Assembly (NCBI GenBank): GCA_002633005.1
Contig: NMRA01000346.1
Location: 118,116-182,115, forward strand
Direction of reading: 5' to 3'
DNA: 64,000 bases
Source of the DNA: Phoronis australis
Lineage: Eukaryota; Animalia; Phoronida
In this document: piece after piece, positions 25,804 through 39,502 of the stretch
Layout of the letters: the number at the start of each line of letters is the position of its first letter
How positions within the stretch are numbered: the stretch's first letter is position 1
Notes under the pieces: generated by a model
The model's input: the letters and a program-made list of their open reading frames with translations, nothing else
What the model was told of the DNA's origin: nothing
Database searches by the model: none
Position numbers and translations under genes: made by a program

Positions 25804-25961
25804 AGGGGCGGATCCAGGATTTTTAGCGGTTGGGGGGTCAGGGCAGAGTTTTAGCCAGGTTTTTGCCAGTCAGACATCCGCACACCCGAACTGCCAAATG
25901 GAATGTGGTAGAAATTTAGGAGGGTATAGCCCCTTTGTGCCCACCCCCTAAATCCGCCACT
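25804..25961. mobile_element. ~160-bp MITE (PIF/Harbinger-like termini), copy 1
   Basis: AGGGGCGGATCCAGG ... CCTAAATCCGCCACT. Homologous along its length to 62767-62925. Confidence 0.75.
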
Positions 25962-28900
25962 GGTGGGGAGCTAGGGCATTCAAGGAAAAGAAACATGTAG
26001 AAGAGAAATTGAAAACACGTGTCACCTACAAACTGAGATCGAGTCACTGACCGGGACAATTTTATTAAAGGCCATTTTTTAGATTTTTTCTGTGTGGATC
26101 GCATATGCTGACTTGAAAACGTGCTCATATGAATATGCATACTTCCAAACATCCGAGAAACTGGTTTTGCACAGATTCACCGGCGGTTTTATTCAGATTT
26201 TTACTGAATTTCAGGGAATTCTTATGGAATACAAAGTTATATTTCTTCAGTGACCCCTCTCTGAAATGGGATAATGAAATCTGTCTTTTTCTGTTTCTAT
26301 TGTATTTTGAAATATCGTTTGATGTATTTTCTAGTTCCCTCGAGGGCCCGCTGATGGCAGCCTCCATGGCCACCCTTGGTTTTCTTATTCATCCTTGTTA
26401 CATGTATTCAGTGCCACTCATGGAAACGGGCTCTAGTGATGGAAACGTTTGCTTTTTTCCTGTTTTTGCAAAATTAAAGAACCTCTCGTTGTAAGGAAGC
26501 TAGCCCCATGGTGGAATCAATTGTCACTGTTTTCGACTTTTTCAATGGTTTATCCATTCGATAATCTGGGCAGCATGCATGGGTCTCCCTCTCGGACGGA
26601 GTTTTGTCTTGAGCAACACGCGACAATTCCCCTTCCTCTGTAAACTTTCACGAGGAGAACTGAGCAGATAACTTTTTTATAAGTCACATCTTCGGAGTTT
26701 GTTGTCGAGACTGTGGATTGGTTTGATAGACCGATAGATGGCGATACCAGGGCAGCAACATGGTTATAGATTCATGCATCACAAATGTATCACTGATGGC
26801 TTAGTGGTGGAACCATAGACTATATGGTGAAACGAGAAACTGTGCGAATCATTATTTCTGCTGTCGATCCAGATGGTGTGGCAATGGAATCCGCCAAAAG
26901 ACTACGTACAGCGACACACAGAGTAAAGTATCTCGGGATCTCGAGATAATTAAGTGGGAATCTCGAGATCCCGAGATAATTAAAAAAAACGCGTGATCTT
27001 ATCTTTAGGCCACTGTAGCAAGACGTGGCTCAAAGAGACAAAAACGTGATATTTATTGAATATAAAAAACAGACAAAAACCCACAACATTTTAGTGATTG
27101 GATTCGAAAGATGGAAGAACGTGATGACCAACATTTTCACTTTATTTTGAATTACACAAAGGCAATGTTATCTATGGATTTATAAAGATGAAATGTCGTT
27201 ACTTTCGACCGAAGAATCTCAAGAACAATATTTCTTTTGAAGAGGAGGGCGAGTCCCGCATTTGTAGGCTGGGTGCGCACATGACCAGTATGCATAAATT
27301 CCAAAGATTTTTTGAGGGAGGACACCCAAATACCCCGTGAATTGCCCGGAGCACTCCCTGTTGACGGTCAAGAACATATAATTATATGAGCACATCCAAT
27401 AATTACCTAAAAATTCCATTCCGTAAATTAAAATTTTGAAAAAAGTCTTTCGGTTTAACAAACTGGCAGTCTAAGGAAATGCAACCGTAAGTTACCTAAG
27501 TTATCTTTCATAAAAATGCAAATCCGTGGTTACTTATACAGAAAAATCCCCGTTCAGTAATTATTGTATTGTTATCCCTTCCCAATATGTATGGTTCATG
27601 GGTTAATAGAAAGCAATGCAAGCGACCCGCTAGTGTAAGCTAACCGTATAAAAAAATTACCTGTTTCTGCCCTTGTCATTTCAGGTTATTTCAGCCAGTA
27701 TGTTATTGCCGCGAAGACATCGCTAATGCGATAATTGGCCTGTACAAATGAACACAATAGAAGCTTAGATCAACTTTGTTAATATCAAGGACGGGCGGCG
27801 ACACAGGTTTTCTCCGGTTGATGTTTAGATGCCTAGAAATACCACTGAACGGAGCGGCTAAAACAAAAGCGAAAAAACTATAGCGCTTTCGCTCGACAGA
27901 CGAGCTGTCCGCGAAGGGTCCTTCGTTAGCAGTGAGATTGACACGAATCGCTTTTTAGACAAAAATGATGCCAAAACGCGTTCACTCTGCCATAAATTGA
28001 TAGATGTGACAATATAGAACAAAGGCATTTTACACTGGCACATGTGTTTTCTTTGAAGTATGCGGTCTGGATACAACGAGTAGTTTTGGGATAACTCAAA
28101 CCTACAGCTGAGCAAAGGTCCAGCAAAAGTAGCCCTAGCAACCGCTCAGAATACTGGCGCTTTTTGCTTCTAGCAAAAGTACCAGCAAAAATGCTATTGT
28201 TTTAGCCAGCATGTGAACCGGGTGTAAGCAACAGTACGAGACCAATTGAATCGTGGTAAGTGGTTTAAATCCAAAGTTTCCTTTGCAGTAACACATACGA
28301 ACCAAAGCGTGGGACAAAATGAGTGGCGTACACACGGGAACACACGTACGCACATACAAACGCGCATTTCGAGACCAGGTGAGCGTTCTGTAGAACGCTT
28401 TCATCATAAACGTTCCATATTTTCTGACTCTGATTTCGAGCGTACAAATACTTGACCGTTTGATCCTACTTTTGGCAAGAAACTCGCTTGTGGCGACAAC
28501 GCGATGAACAACCTATCTGGAACTACTTTAATCTCAAATCATCGGTGAAATTAAGAAGATCGCAAATCTTATTAAAAAATTGGCCGTTTTTACAATATTT
28601 GACCTATGTCTAGCAAAATACCTTATTTTCATTCTCGGGGAACTTCAAATACGAAAAAAATAACAATGTAGCGAGAATATTTAACAGAACCACCTTTTAA
28701 CTGGTTACAACTTATTCGAGATCAAAGGTTACACTTCCCGTTGCCAATGTGGATATGTCAATAACGCTATACTCTTGTGATTCACACTTCAGCGCATTTT
28801 TTTGTAAATTTTTGACGGAAGGTGAGGTTGTCGTAAGATCCAAGAAAAATGTCCAATTTGGATCAACTTCGGAACATCGTATCTCAGAATTGTCTAAACG

Positions 28901-29310
28901 GAAACTTTAAGATACTGTACAGTCTACACTGTTCCCAACGCTGTTATAGGAATTGCTATTAAAACGTCCCAATTTTGCATGAGGGTCTATCAAAGTAGGA
29001 ATCGTATGATTTTTATGAAAAACTGCATAAAACGAAAACGAAACGATAATTTAGAAAACTGTGTGTTTGAGGTTTTATCTTGAACATTCATATTTATGAA
29101 TTTGGTCAAATTCTTGATCATCTTGTTTTTGCTTAATTTTCCCAAAAAGCAATGTCACTTTACTGATTAATTAACTTTCACTAAGCGGTATAATCCACGA
29201 ATTCGAAAAAGTGCGGGAAATTTGTCACATGGTTACTACTTCGGAAGCGCAGGAACCTTCAACGCCACAAGATACCATGGAGTTGGCAGTTGAACTTGAT
29301 GTTGTTTAAT

Positions 29311-29455
29311 ACATGGGCAGCGCAGCACTGAAAAAAAGTAGGGGGCTATAGCTCCTCAGCCCCCTGTGGTGCACCGCCTATAGACCATGGGCGGCGCAGC
29401 AATGAAAAACAGTGGGGGCTATAGGCCCCTAGTCCCTACGTTGCGCGGCCCATGT
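29311..29455. mobile_element. Two tandem ~70-bp mini-MITEs
   Basis: CATGGGC(A/G)GCGCAGC...GGGGGCTATAG.CCC...GCCCC...GC.CGCC(C)AT unit repeated twice. Confidence 0.55.
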
Positions 29456-30274
29456 GATAGTGTGTCAATCGAAATGCATTCATCTGAACGATGTTTATAG
29501 GGTCGGAATTCTTCATCTTCGGCTCGTTGAAGGCATCTTCCAATGACGGAGTTGTTTCGCCCACACATCGCTCACATTCATTCAAAAGGTTCTTGCACTC
29601 ACCGCCTGGTTCGTGTTTGTGTCGGCTTGAGACGCACAGTTCTCCACTAGTAGTCTATTTTTAGCGAGTACGTTTTAAAAAATAACTATATGTTATAATA
29701 TAGTTTCACTTGTTAGAATCATCATAATACAGGTAGATTACATTCACCGGACTTGTAAGCAATAAATAATTTACAAGGAACAGTTCATAAAGCAACAATG
29801 CTTCAGTTTTGCGTGTGTTACCATTCCTGCATTTAGGGTTAGTCAGTCAGTCTTTGATTCAAATCACGGTCAAACAGATCGAGAGACTGCACCTTCGTCT
29901 TCGCGTCATACTGCTTTTAGGATACTTAGTTTTATTTAGAATACTTCGGCAGTAGTGCCTCTGTGGTGCAGAAGTTATCTAACAATCAATGTCGTATCAT
30001 TTTTAACGAACTCTTCACACCAGGTATAATTAGAGCCGTAAAGAAATTGTTAGTCTCCAAATAATTGACATGTACAAAATAATAACAAAAGATCAATTTT
30101 AATCTCTATCTACAGGCTTTTTGGAAATGCGAAAATAAACAATAATAGGCTAGTCCACTAAGTAAGTTTCCAAATAAGGAAGTGAACAATCAGAAAGCTG
30201 ACTACTGCACTAAATCAGTTGCGTCCTCTAGCGGCAAGCAATACGTGACTTTCTGTGGAAAGAAACATTCTTAA

Positions 30275-31761
30275 AGACACCGTATAACGACCAAATGACT
30301 ATGGAACACGCTAAATGTATAAATCGTTGATCAACACAAGCATATCATCTTTTCGTTTACTCCGGACATTACCTAATTACGCCAATTACTATCGTAAGAC
30401 CCCACCTTGCAGGAACCCCATATGAGCCGACAAAAAACTTTAGGTGGCACTCGTACTAATTGACGCAAGTGGCCATATCATTGTGACCCGAGACGTACAG
30501 TCCGTTGCCACAGGAAACTTACCTAACGGTGACGGCTCCATTATTCAAATTACATCTATTAGAGACAACAAAACTAAAATATTACGGCACATACATGTAT
30601 ATCGGCACAGCCACTTGCATGTACATATAATATCCTACAAGTCGCTGTGCCACGATAGCCTAAAGCCGCCGAAGTCAGCAGCGCGGTCTCAGTGGGGACT
30701 ACTTACACTGTCTAACATCAAACGCTTATTCGGGTCCTAACGAACCGATTAAAGTACAGGTTCCCTGCGTGCAGTACGGGTCAGGCTGGCAATGAATGGA
30801 GATTCATCGGACCCACGGTGATATCCTGGCGGAATGCGCGTACCAGAGAACTAATGTGTTTATAGGCGCTCTGTGACGATAATTACGGGATTATGTTAAG
30901 GGAATGTGTAATCAATCAACGCAATTGCTAATACAGCAGAATTCAAATTAATCCCACGTTATTTCTTGAGTTCGAAAATTTCGGAAATTATGTCTCAAAA
31001 TTGTCGGGTGAAATTCCAAATGATTTTGTTATTTCCAATAGGTTTCTTTCTTGGTTTCACCATGAATTCTGCTTTTCTGACACAAATGCGGGGCCATTAT
31101 TTTTTAACATGCTGTGCGTGAGCGTTTCGCTTCGTAAGATGTGTAACGCCGCGTTTCGCCTTGACACAATCCCGTAATTATCAGATTAGTTCTCTGATAC
31201 ACGCATTCCGACAGGATGTCGCCGTGGGTCCGACGAATCTCCATTCATTGCCAACCTGTCCTGCACTGCACGCAGGGACCCTGTACTTTAATCGGCTCGT
31301 TAGGCCCTGATGTCTTTGTGAATAAGAGTACTCAGTACGGTTTGACTGAGTAAGTCGTCCCCACCGCTATGTGATCGTGGCACAGCGACTTGTAGGATAT
31401 TACACGCAAGTGGAAGTGCCGAGATCATATGCGTCGTAGAATTTTAACTTTGTTTTTGTATCTCATAGGTGTAATTTTGAAATTCTGTGATTCGAAATAT
31501 GCACACGTCACCGTAAGGTACGTTTCCTGTGGCAAAGGACTTTACGTCTCGGGTCACAACGATATCATTTGCGTCGATTAGTACGAGCGCCACCAAAAGT
31601 TTTTTGTCGGCGCTTAATGGGGTTCCTGATGGGGTCGTACGATAGTAATTGGCGTAATTAGTTAATATCCGGAGTAAACGAAGAGATGATATGTTTGTGT
31701 TGATCACTGATCTATATATATTTAACATGTTCAAAAGTCATTTGGCAGTTATACGGTGGCT
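30275..31761. mobile_element. Non-autonomous foldback DNA transposon with ~630-bp inverted arms and TTAA TSD (Kolobok-like termini)
   Basis: TTAA|AGACACCGTATAAC ... GTTATACGGTGGCT|TTAA. Arms ~30275-30901 and ~31159-31761 are diverged reverse complements. Confidence 0.85.
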
Positions 31762-34700
31762 TTAAGTGTGTTGGGTACTCGTCATTCCGTCAGTAGTTGT
31801 TTGTCGATGTCACATCAAAACTGTTAAGCACATCTTTCCATGCATGGCAGCCCTGTTTGTACTGAACGGTGTCTGTGGTTGGCGACAAAATGAAAGTCTA
31901 CAAAGCACAGGCCGCTCCGGCAACACGTACTGAGTCTATCTCCCAGGTGTGTGTTGAGAAAAAGAGCAACGATAGATCAGAATGACGGTACTTTTTCTAT
32001 CCGCTGTGGGTGGGCTAATATCCGAGGTGGCCTTATACACGAGAGTAACCCAAAGCAGGATGCGGTTGGTATTCCAGCTGATACGGCGGTTAGACGACCA
32101 GTCTTGTCACTGATACACGGCATCCGGCAGCAGAATAACAGTACATAAGGTTGCCCACGACTTGTCTCTTCCTCCTAACACCAGGAAGTGTGGCAGCTTT
32201 CATGGTTAAGTTGACTCTAACCCGCCTCGTGCACACTCCTCGCACACTAATCGTTTGAACCTTTAGGTACGATCTGTTACCAAAGTTGTCTCTCATGCTG
32301 AAAAAACAACAATCGAGTGGTACGTATCATCGCCGGGTTCATAATCATTTACTTCGTAAGCCAACACTGACATGCTTGTACTATCTAATGCACGACATTT
32401 TCTTGAAAGCTCGGGCAGAATGTTAATCTATCATTTCTGCTTTTTCAAAGTTGTGTTTCCCTTCCTCGTAAGTTGTCTCTGTGGCGCTAGTAGTCTTGAG
32501 CTGACTCACGAAATGTTGATTTCCACGACCTGATGTTTAGCAGGTTTAGGTGAGGCTACTCGTGGACGAGCCGGTCTAGTTGCCACCTGGTGACTAGGTT
32601 CGTTACAATCCAATTTAATGACAGTCAACACGTGGCGAGACCGTCATTTCAGAAGTCGCATAATGCGGAGGGGTCATGGCAAAAACATGCACCGGGGAGG
32701 GGGGAGGGTGGCTCGGAGCTCTAGAACGGGCTCCCTATTTGGAGAAATGGGCAAACAGGTCCGCTTCAGAGAAACAAGAACTCAGAAAAAGTACAAAAAC
32801 GAGACATAAGTCCACTAAAAGACAGGAACTACCAAAATCCGGCAAATGCATAATTCAATTGGACGTACCACGTGAGTCTTTTTTAGTAAAAGGTCAACAT
32901 TCTCAAAAATTCAAGCCCCCTATTTTTAAGCTGGGCGTGCGCATGAAAAATAACTTTTGTCATGAATGAACTAAGCAATCCATGGACTTACATAGGGCCT
33001 ATAGCACCACTAAATCCATGGGTTAAAACGTATGTCCAAAATAGAATGATTGCAAATACTATGGCACTGAGAAATGACCGGTATGATCCAAACGAACGTT
33101 TCAGATACTATGCTTGAGGCAGTGTATTCCGGCGCTGGGCTACCAAAATGAAAAAATATCGAGTTGCGTAAAATGTAAACGAAACTATGATGAAAAAATT
33201 TTTCGTCATTCCATCTTGAACATTTATAACAGTGAAATTAGAACATGTTCTGTTTTTCGGTAGTCATGTGTTTCTTTATCTTTAGCTAAAACGGCATGGT
33301 CACGTGACTCAATTGCTATCAGTGTCAAAAGTTATATTTCACAGGCTTCTACTTTGACACAACGTATACCTTTGCTGAGTTCTTCTATAGTTTTGTAGAT
33401 ATTTTGTTTAGTGCAAAGATTTACGCAGTATAAGCTTTACAACATAATGAGCTTGTGTTTTACAACGGGCATTCAAAGGCCCACAATTAATTAGTTAAAG
33501 TTATTGAAACTATTGTATACAGGGATACGCCACAGTTTTGGTTAACAGATCGGTTGCACATCAACAACATTAAGCCAGAATGTAATTCTAGGTAACACTA
33601 AAACAGATCTACTAGTTTGTGAGACGAAATCTTTACCTTGACCAAAGCTTAACAAGCATTCGCTCTTTTAGAGGATTGGACAGCAACAGGACGGCACTCA
33701 TCTTGAAAACACTGTCACGTGGCGCTCTGGTAATCTGATGATTCGTTACGTTGACGTTTGGCCGACTGGAAATCGGCCCGCTTGGGTAGAGGCAGTGGTC
33801 TTTCATGGAGCATTTGTATAATTTTCGAGGGACGAAAAAAATACGTCGTCTTGTGACAAGATGTTTGATTCCATAGGTGATACTGCTCACGTCAACAACT
33901 ACCGAAAAAACGGCAGGTGTTTTAACCTTTATAGCCTCCAAATCAAAATCTTCCAGAAGGTTCTTGTTGACTTTGACTACCGAGTTCTTCTTTGTTTCGA
34001 GAGTGACGTGATTCGCAAATTCTTTACCATTTGCGAATAGCCTGCAAAACATTTCGACAAATATTCATTTTATAGAGCCTATTATCAACTATCTACATGT
34101 TAACTAATTCTATAACGAATTAACGGCAGCTTTTTAACAAGTTCGTTTTTTTATTTTTACGCGAATGCAGATACGTTAGCGTTATCATGTGGAGTTTGCC
34201 TGAACTAATCCCAATGTTTGCTGGGATTCTGAGTTCCATGATCAAATTCAGCAGGAATGATACGGGAAAAAATATTCATGGATTCACAGTTTGTTTATTA
34301 ATTTAAAATTACTCTGGCTTGACCTACGGCAGTATTGCAACCTGTATTCCAATTTGCCTAATTGGAATAAATTATTAGGGGAAATTGTGTAAAAAGATTC
34401 ATGCGAAATTTGTTGGATTCGTGAATAGATGGGAGCGCATCCATTACAGCCACTGTATTGCTGTTTCGGATTTGTTTCGGCAAAACCGTAATCATGCCCC
34501 TCCAAAAAACGAACTCTCACCGCGAAGCCAGCCACGACACTCCAAAACTGCAATCATACCGTTACTATGGGAAAATAAGACAGCGTACTAACTGAGTCTG
34601 TAGTCAGAGACAGAAAGTTGTGATATTTTTACCTTCATTCATGGCTATTTAGTTCTATCGATGTGAAATTTCAGCGTTCTTCTTTTATGTCACAGGTATC

Positions 34701-36689
34701 GCCGTTAGTTTTGGATTAGAATCATAAGTTTGAGTGTCAGCGCGGTATTCCGCGAGACATTTGGTTAGGCCTGTGTCATAAGTTGGTAGAGGGCTCTTAA
34801 CCTTGTAAAAAATAAACATTCCCTTAGACAATGTTGACAAGGATGTCGTTAAAAAGGCAGTAATTTATTATTGCTTTTTAACTTTAAAGGTGAGAGAAGC
34901 GAGTGATTAGTCAAACTTAAAAGCGCGCTGTTTAGCTGGTTAAAAACTGAAAATCGAATTAGGCCGTTTAACCTCTTCAAATCGATATCATAATCATTAT
35001 ATTCCTTATTGTGATAGGGTACTGTTTAATCTTCTAACAGGTACATCGAAACCACAAGCCATTCACTCACTTGAACGCTTCGGAATCTATCGGGGTTGGC
35101 CAACCCTTAAACTGCGAATGTCTCATGTTGTGACTGGAGTTAGAAACCAAATATTATGAGACCAATTTTATGAGAGGAAAAAGAACTCAAAAAGATGTCC
35201 AAATTTGGCTAACTTCAAAATGTTTTGTCCCGAACATGGCTGGTCTGATACATATTCTGAATTTTCCGATGCTGTGCTTTATGCATTGTTTTTCAAAGCG
35301 TTATTAGAACTTCTTACTAAACTGTTTTATTTTTCATGGGGGGGGGNCATTGAAGTTTCATAAAACGAAAACGAAATGACATTTTAGAGAATTGTTACAG
35401 CATTTTTGAGATCTCGCCTTGAAATTTACATCCGAAGAAAATTAGATCATGTTATTGATACGGTTGTTTCCCTATCAATATACCTTTATTATTTGACAAA
35501 TTTTACTAAAGCGACGTGGTCACGTGACCCAATTGTTAATAAATTATTAAAAATATAAAAATCAAATTATACAGGCTTGTTATTTTCAGACATATTTGCT
35601 TTTCCTGAGCTACAATCTACAGTTTGTAGATACTTGACTATGTACGCTGGTGTAACCCTAAGATTTACTTAACCGTAATTCTGTTTCCCTTTTTTCACCG
35701 GTTAAACAAGAAGAGTTCTTTTTAAATTGTGTCAAATGACGTAAAACACAGCCTGGAACAAAGGGTGAAATTCCGCATTTTTCATATCTGTACTTCATCG
35801 TTTACACTACACTATCAGAAGGCAGAGAGGAAATGTTTTTGTTTTCCCAACTTTGCTATCTATGTGCGTAATATTCCGCCGTTTGGTTAACGCTAAGACG
35901 TCTCAAATAACTCAGTTTTATGTTGTAAATTTTTTGAACTCCGTATGGGCGCAATCTCATCTTTGATTGTTTTTTTATTAGTTGGAAAGGTGCATAACAC
36001 GTGTTGGTGATGTCTCTCAAACCAAACTGCATCAGTGGTTGACCTCAACTAATGCGGATTCGTGAATTGGCGACAATGACTTAACTGAAAACACGTTTCT
36101 ACGGTGATTTGTAAATGACACAAAAACAATGTCAATTTACTACTTAAACTATATCAAAATACAACAAAGGGGTAATAAAACACAAAATTGAACCATTATC
36201 GCCAAATGGTTGTCCGTAAACCTTGAAAATCTCAAACCTTTAGTAAATTACTTTTTTTACACCGGACAACTTACCTTGAAGCCAGAACTGAAACGCTTAA
36301 CTTAGCTGTCAACTTTTGAAAGTAAATGTAAATCATTTCTACTAAAAATGTTTGTCGTTACAAAAGCTTCTAAAATTTCCAATTAGTACTCGCGCTGCTG
36401 TAAAGTTAGATAACTTTAAAAGCCTGTGAAGCGATTGACGACTGTGTCTAACAGTTGTATTCACCAGGAAAGAACAGAGGTAGTTTATTTCTATGTTTCT
36501 ATGTTCTTTTTCTAGAAGCCCTGTGGTTCATATACACACAATTATACTTTACAAAAAAGTACGTTATCTACATCGTCTCTTCTGTTGCCAGCTGGTAGCA
36601 AATACTGAGCTAAATTTAAATCATCACACTTCTGCACGACATTTTCTGAGGTTATTTCACAGTTCATGCTTCACTCTCTTGAAATTTGT

Positions 36690-36900
36690 TCTTAAATCGT
36701 AGTAAGATGGACACACTATTAAAAATGATATTCGTCTTCCACAATGTGGAGACACAAGCACTGCTATTCTTTCTAGAAATAATCAAATATATTCCTCTTT
36801 CTATTTGTAAGTTATTATTTGAACATCTAAATTTTGCCAAAACCTTCAGACATTTTGTAGATTTTACAGTTGCCACATATTTTATTTCTAAAAGTAACTG
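36690..36900 (-). mobile_element. LINE ORF2 C-terminal remnant (RTE-X-like)
   Basis: KVLAKFRCSNNNLQIERG, followed in another frame by CLHIVEDEYHF, the Cys/His C-terminal motif seen in invertebrate LINEs. Confidence 0.6.
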
Positions 36901-39154
36901 AAGTTCGCGTAATCTGTAACTATCAAAAGTACTGACATCCAGCAACCCGCGCCGTAACCGAAACGGATAATGTACCTGTGATCCACAACAAAAATGGAAC
37001 CTGCCCCGTCTCTGCTGACGTCTTGAAGAGCAACTCTGTAGCTCACAGTCGCATTCAAGAGAATACTACATTTTTCATAGGTCTCGACCTTCGTTTCACT
37101 CAACCCAACTCTGACTGGTCCCAACGACACGGGAACACTTCGCACAAAGGATACCTAAAAGAATTGAATTATCATTTTTTTACATCTAAATTGCACAGAA
37201 GCAATGTAGGTTATGTTCACACGTATGTCAAATGAACCGGTTAAATAATATGCTCATAGTTGTTTGCAAACTTCACCCTGCAGATGCTTTCTTCATTTCT
37301 CTCAGTTTTAAATGTAAGCAACATTTTCAGTCAAAACGGTTGGAAAATTCAACTTCTGAGACTGGTAAGCAAAAACAGATAGAGGTGGCAATTGCTTGTG
37401 CCAAGAAATGTTTCATATGAACGCCAACTTATGTTTGTGGAGTTTTCCAAAAAAAGACACCTTGGCTGCAATGTATGCTAGTGGACGCCTTTATCATTCA
37501 GTTAGCGAGGCGTACTTTCGAAAAAAATCGAGGTGCAGACCAGGATCAAGTACGCTTTGTTTAGTCTCACCTCCGCCAGCAGAGTTGGGAGGAAGGGGGT
37601 GTCTGCATCAACTTAGGCGGATTTGGGGTGGGAGCGAGTGACAAGGACATCCACTACGGGCGCGATCAAAGGAGTGCCGTTGCCTCCTTGCAGACGTGTG
37701 AATTAATCGAAGTTTGTATCATCAATAAGAGTGTGCTAGAGTCATTCCACGAATGCACCTCTTTTGTGAATAAATGTTGATTTCGGCAATTTGCGGTAAA
37801 ACACCCCTCAAACACTGATCTTGTTCCATACTAATTACAATTGGTTGTTGTTTCAGACCACGGTCTTATTTGTCACCAACTGTGTTTAATTCAACCTATT
37901 CACCTTGTTAAGTTAATCAACCAATTAACCAATCGCCGACGAAGTATGGCGTCACAGGAATTTCATGTGTTTTGTTGCAACCGAAAAAGAACGAAATGCG
38001 ATTGCTTTTACAAAAACAAAACTGACTATCGCAGAAGGCCGTTTTTGACGTTGAAACATGGCTTCCACCGGCTTTAACGGTAAATTAAAAGAGCAACATA
38101 CCCAAGCGAAAACAAACCCCAAAACTCTACTGAACTTATTCATGGGTCTGCCTGTTTCTGTCCAACTTGAATGAAAGCACACATGTGCAAGCAGAGCGCA
38201 ACTCAACAAAGGTCCGCTATGAATTAATCGTGCTGGTGCGTACACCTACAGGTATATGTGTATTTGTTTAATTGTCTTAACACCTGTGACTATCAACACA
38301 TTATTTCCCGTAACATATAAATGCGTCCCTATTTCAAGAGATGAAAGGGGACTGAATATAGGTAAAAACAGGTTTATTGAAACTGAAAAAAAAAACAATA
38401 CACCAATAATAAGAAATACGTGCATGAGGAAAACGCGCATTCTCTGAAAACACGGTTAGCAGCATAACTAACGACCATTAAAATAGGCGAAACCGTCTCT
38501 ACATGTACATGTATGCAATAAACAATACCTCCGTCTGCACTGAGCCAGAGCAGTTGCCATCTACACCGATAGGCGGTAGCACATACAGGAGACCGGTCTG
38601 CTGAAGCAGTTGCTTTCTGTGCCGCGTTCAGACTGTGGAACGTCTAGAAGACAGCAGAATTAGGACATCTCCATGCGTGCCGATAGGTGGTGGGTAGCCT
38701 GCACGCACGTAACATTTAATTTTCTTCGGGAATTTTTTACACCGGCTTTCTGATTGGCTGGTAGAATTCTCAACAGCTAGGTAGCGTTTTACGCAAACTG
38801 ACTGATTGGGGAAGTGTAAATGTGGTCTGTTGTACAGATAAATCGATGCTTAAATTTTATGTTGAAAAAAACGGAAATCCCAGAAATTGTGTTTGCGCCT
38901 TTTCGGAGTGCAGTGACTTATGGTTACGTTGCTGTCCTGCGTCTCTCTGGTTCCCGTCCTGCGTGCCGCTAGGTGGTAGCCTGCACTAAACGCGGGTAGC
39001 AGGCCTCGCTCATTTTCCTTGTAGTGCCGCTAGCCAGCCAGCTCGCTGGTTCCCTGCGTGCTTAGCCCAGCCAGCATGCAGGTATCACGCAGTGGCACGC
39101 ACTTTAGCATTGGTCGATGTAACCTCGGCAGTCATTGGTTAGCTTTACAACACC

Positions 39155-39484
39155 GTGAAAAAACGATTTTTAGCCTTGTCATGCAAGTGGCGTCGCAGCA
39201 ACTATTTCGTTTCTGCAGTGATGTTTAATAACCGCGTGCCTATTGCTTATGCATCAAGAGCTCTGACTCCTACAGAAGCTAGGTATGCTTCCATAGATCG
39301 GGAATGTCTTGCCATTGTGTACGCTCTTGAAAGATTTCATCAGTTTACTTTCGCCGGAAGAGTCGTAGTGATATCTGATCACCAGCCATTATATGTGTTG
39401 GCGCAGAAGCCATTATGCAAGTCCCATAGGCGATTGCAAGGAATGTTGATGCGAGTAAATAATTATGATGCAGATATTCAGTGA
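39155..39484 (+). pseudogene. Gypsy RNase H fragment
   Basis: PIAYASRAL...E(C)LAIVYALERFHQF...DHQPL...RRLQ motif series. Confidence 0.88.
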
Positions 39485-39502
39485 CAATCTGGTAAACGTA
39501 TG

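Noticed and set aside
30444-31734. Similar ORFs 30444-30740 (+) and 31444-31734 (-) as paralogous genes
   Set aside because: They are the two arms of an inverted repeat, with frameshifts between them and no recognisable domain.
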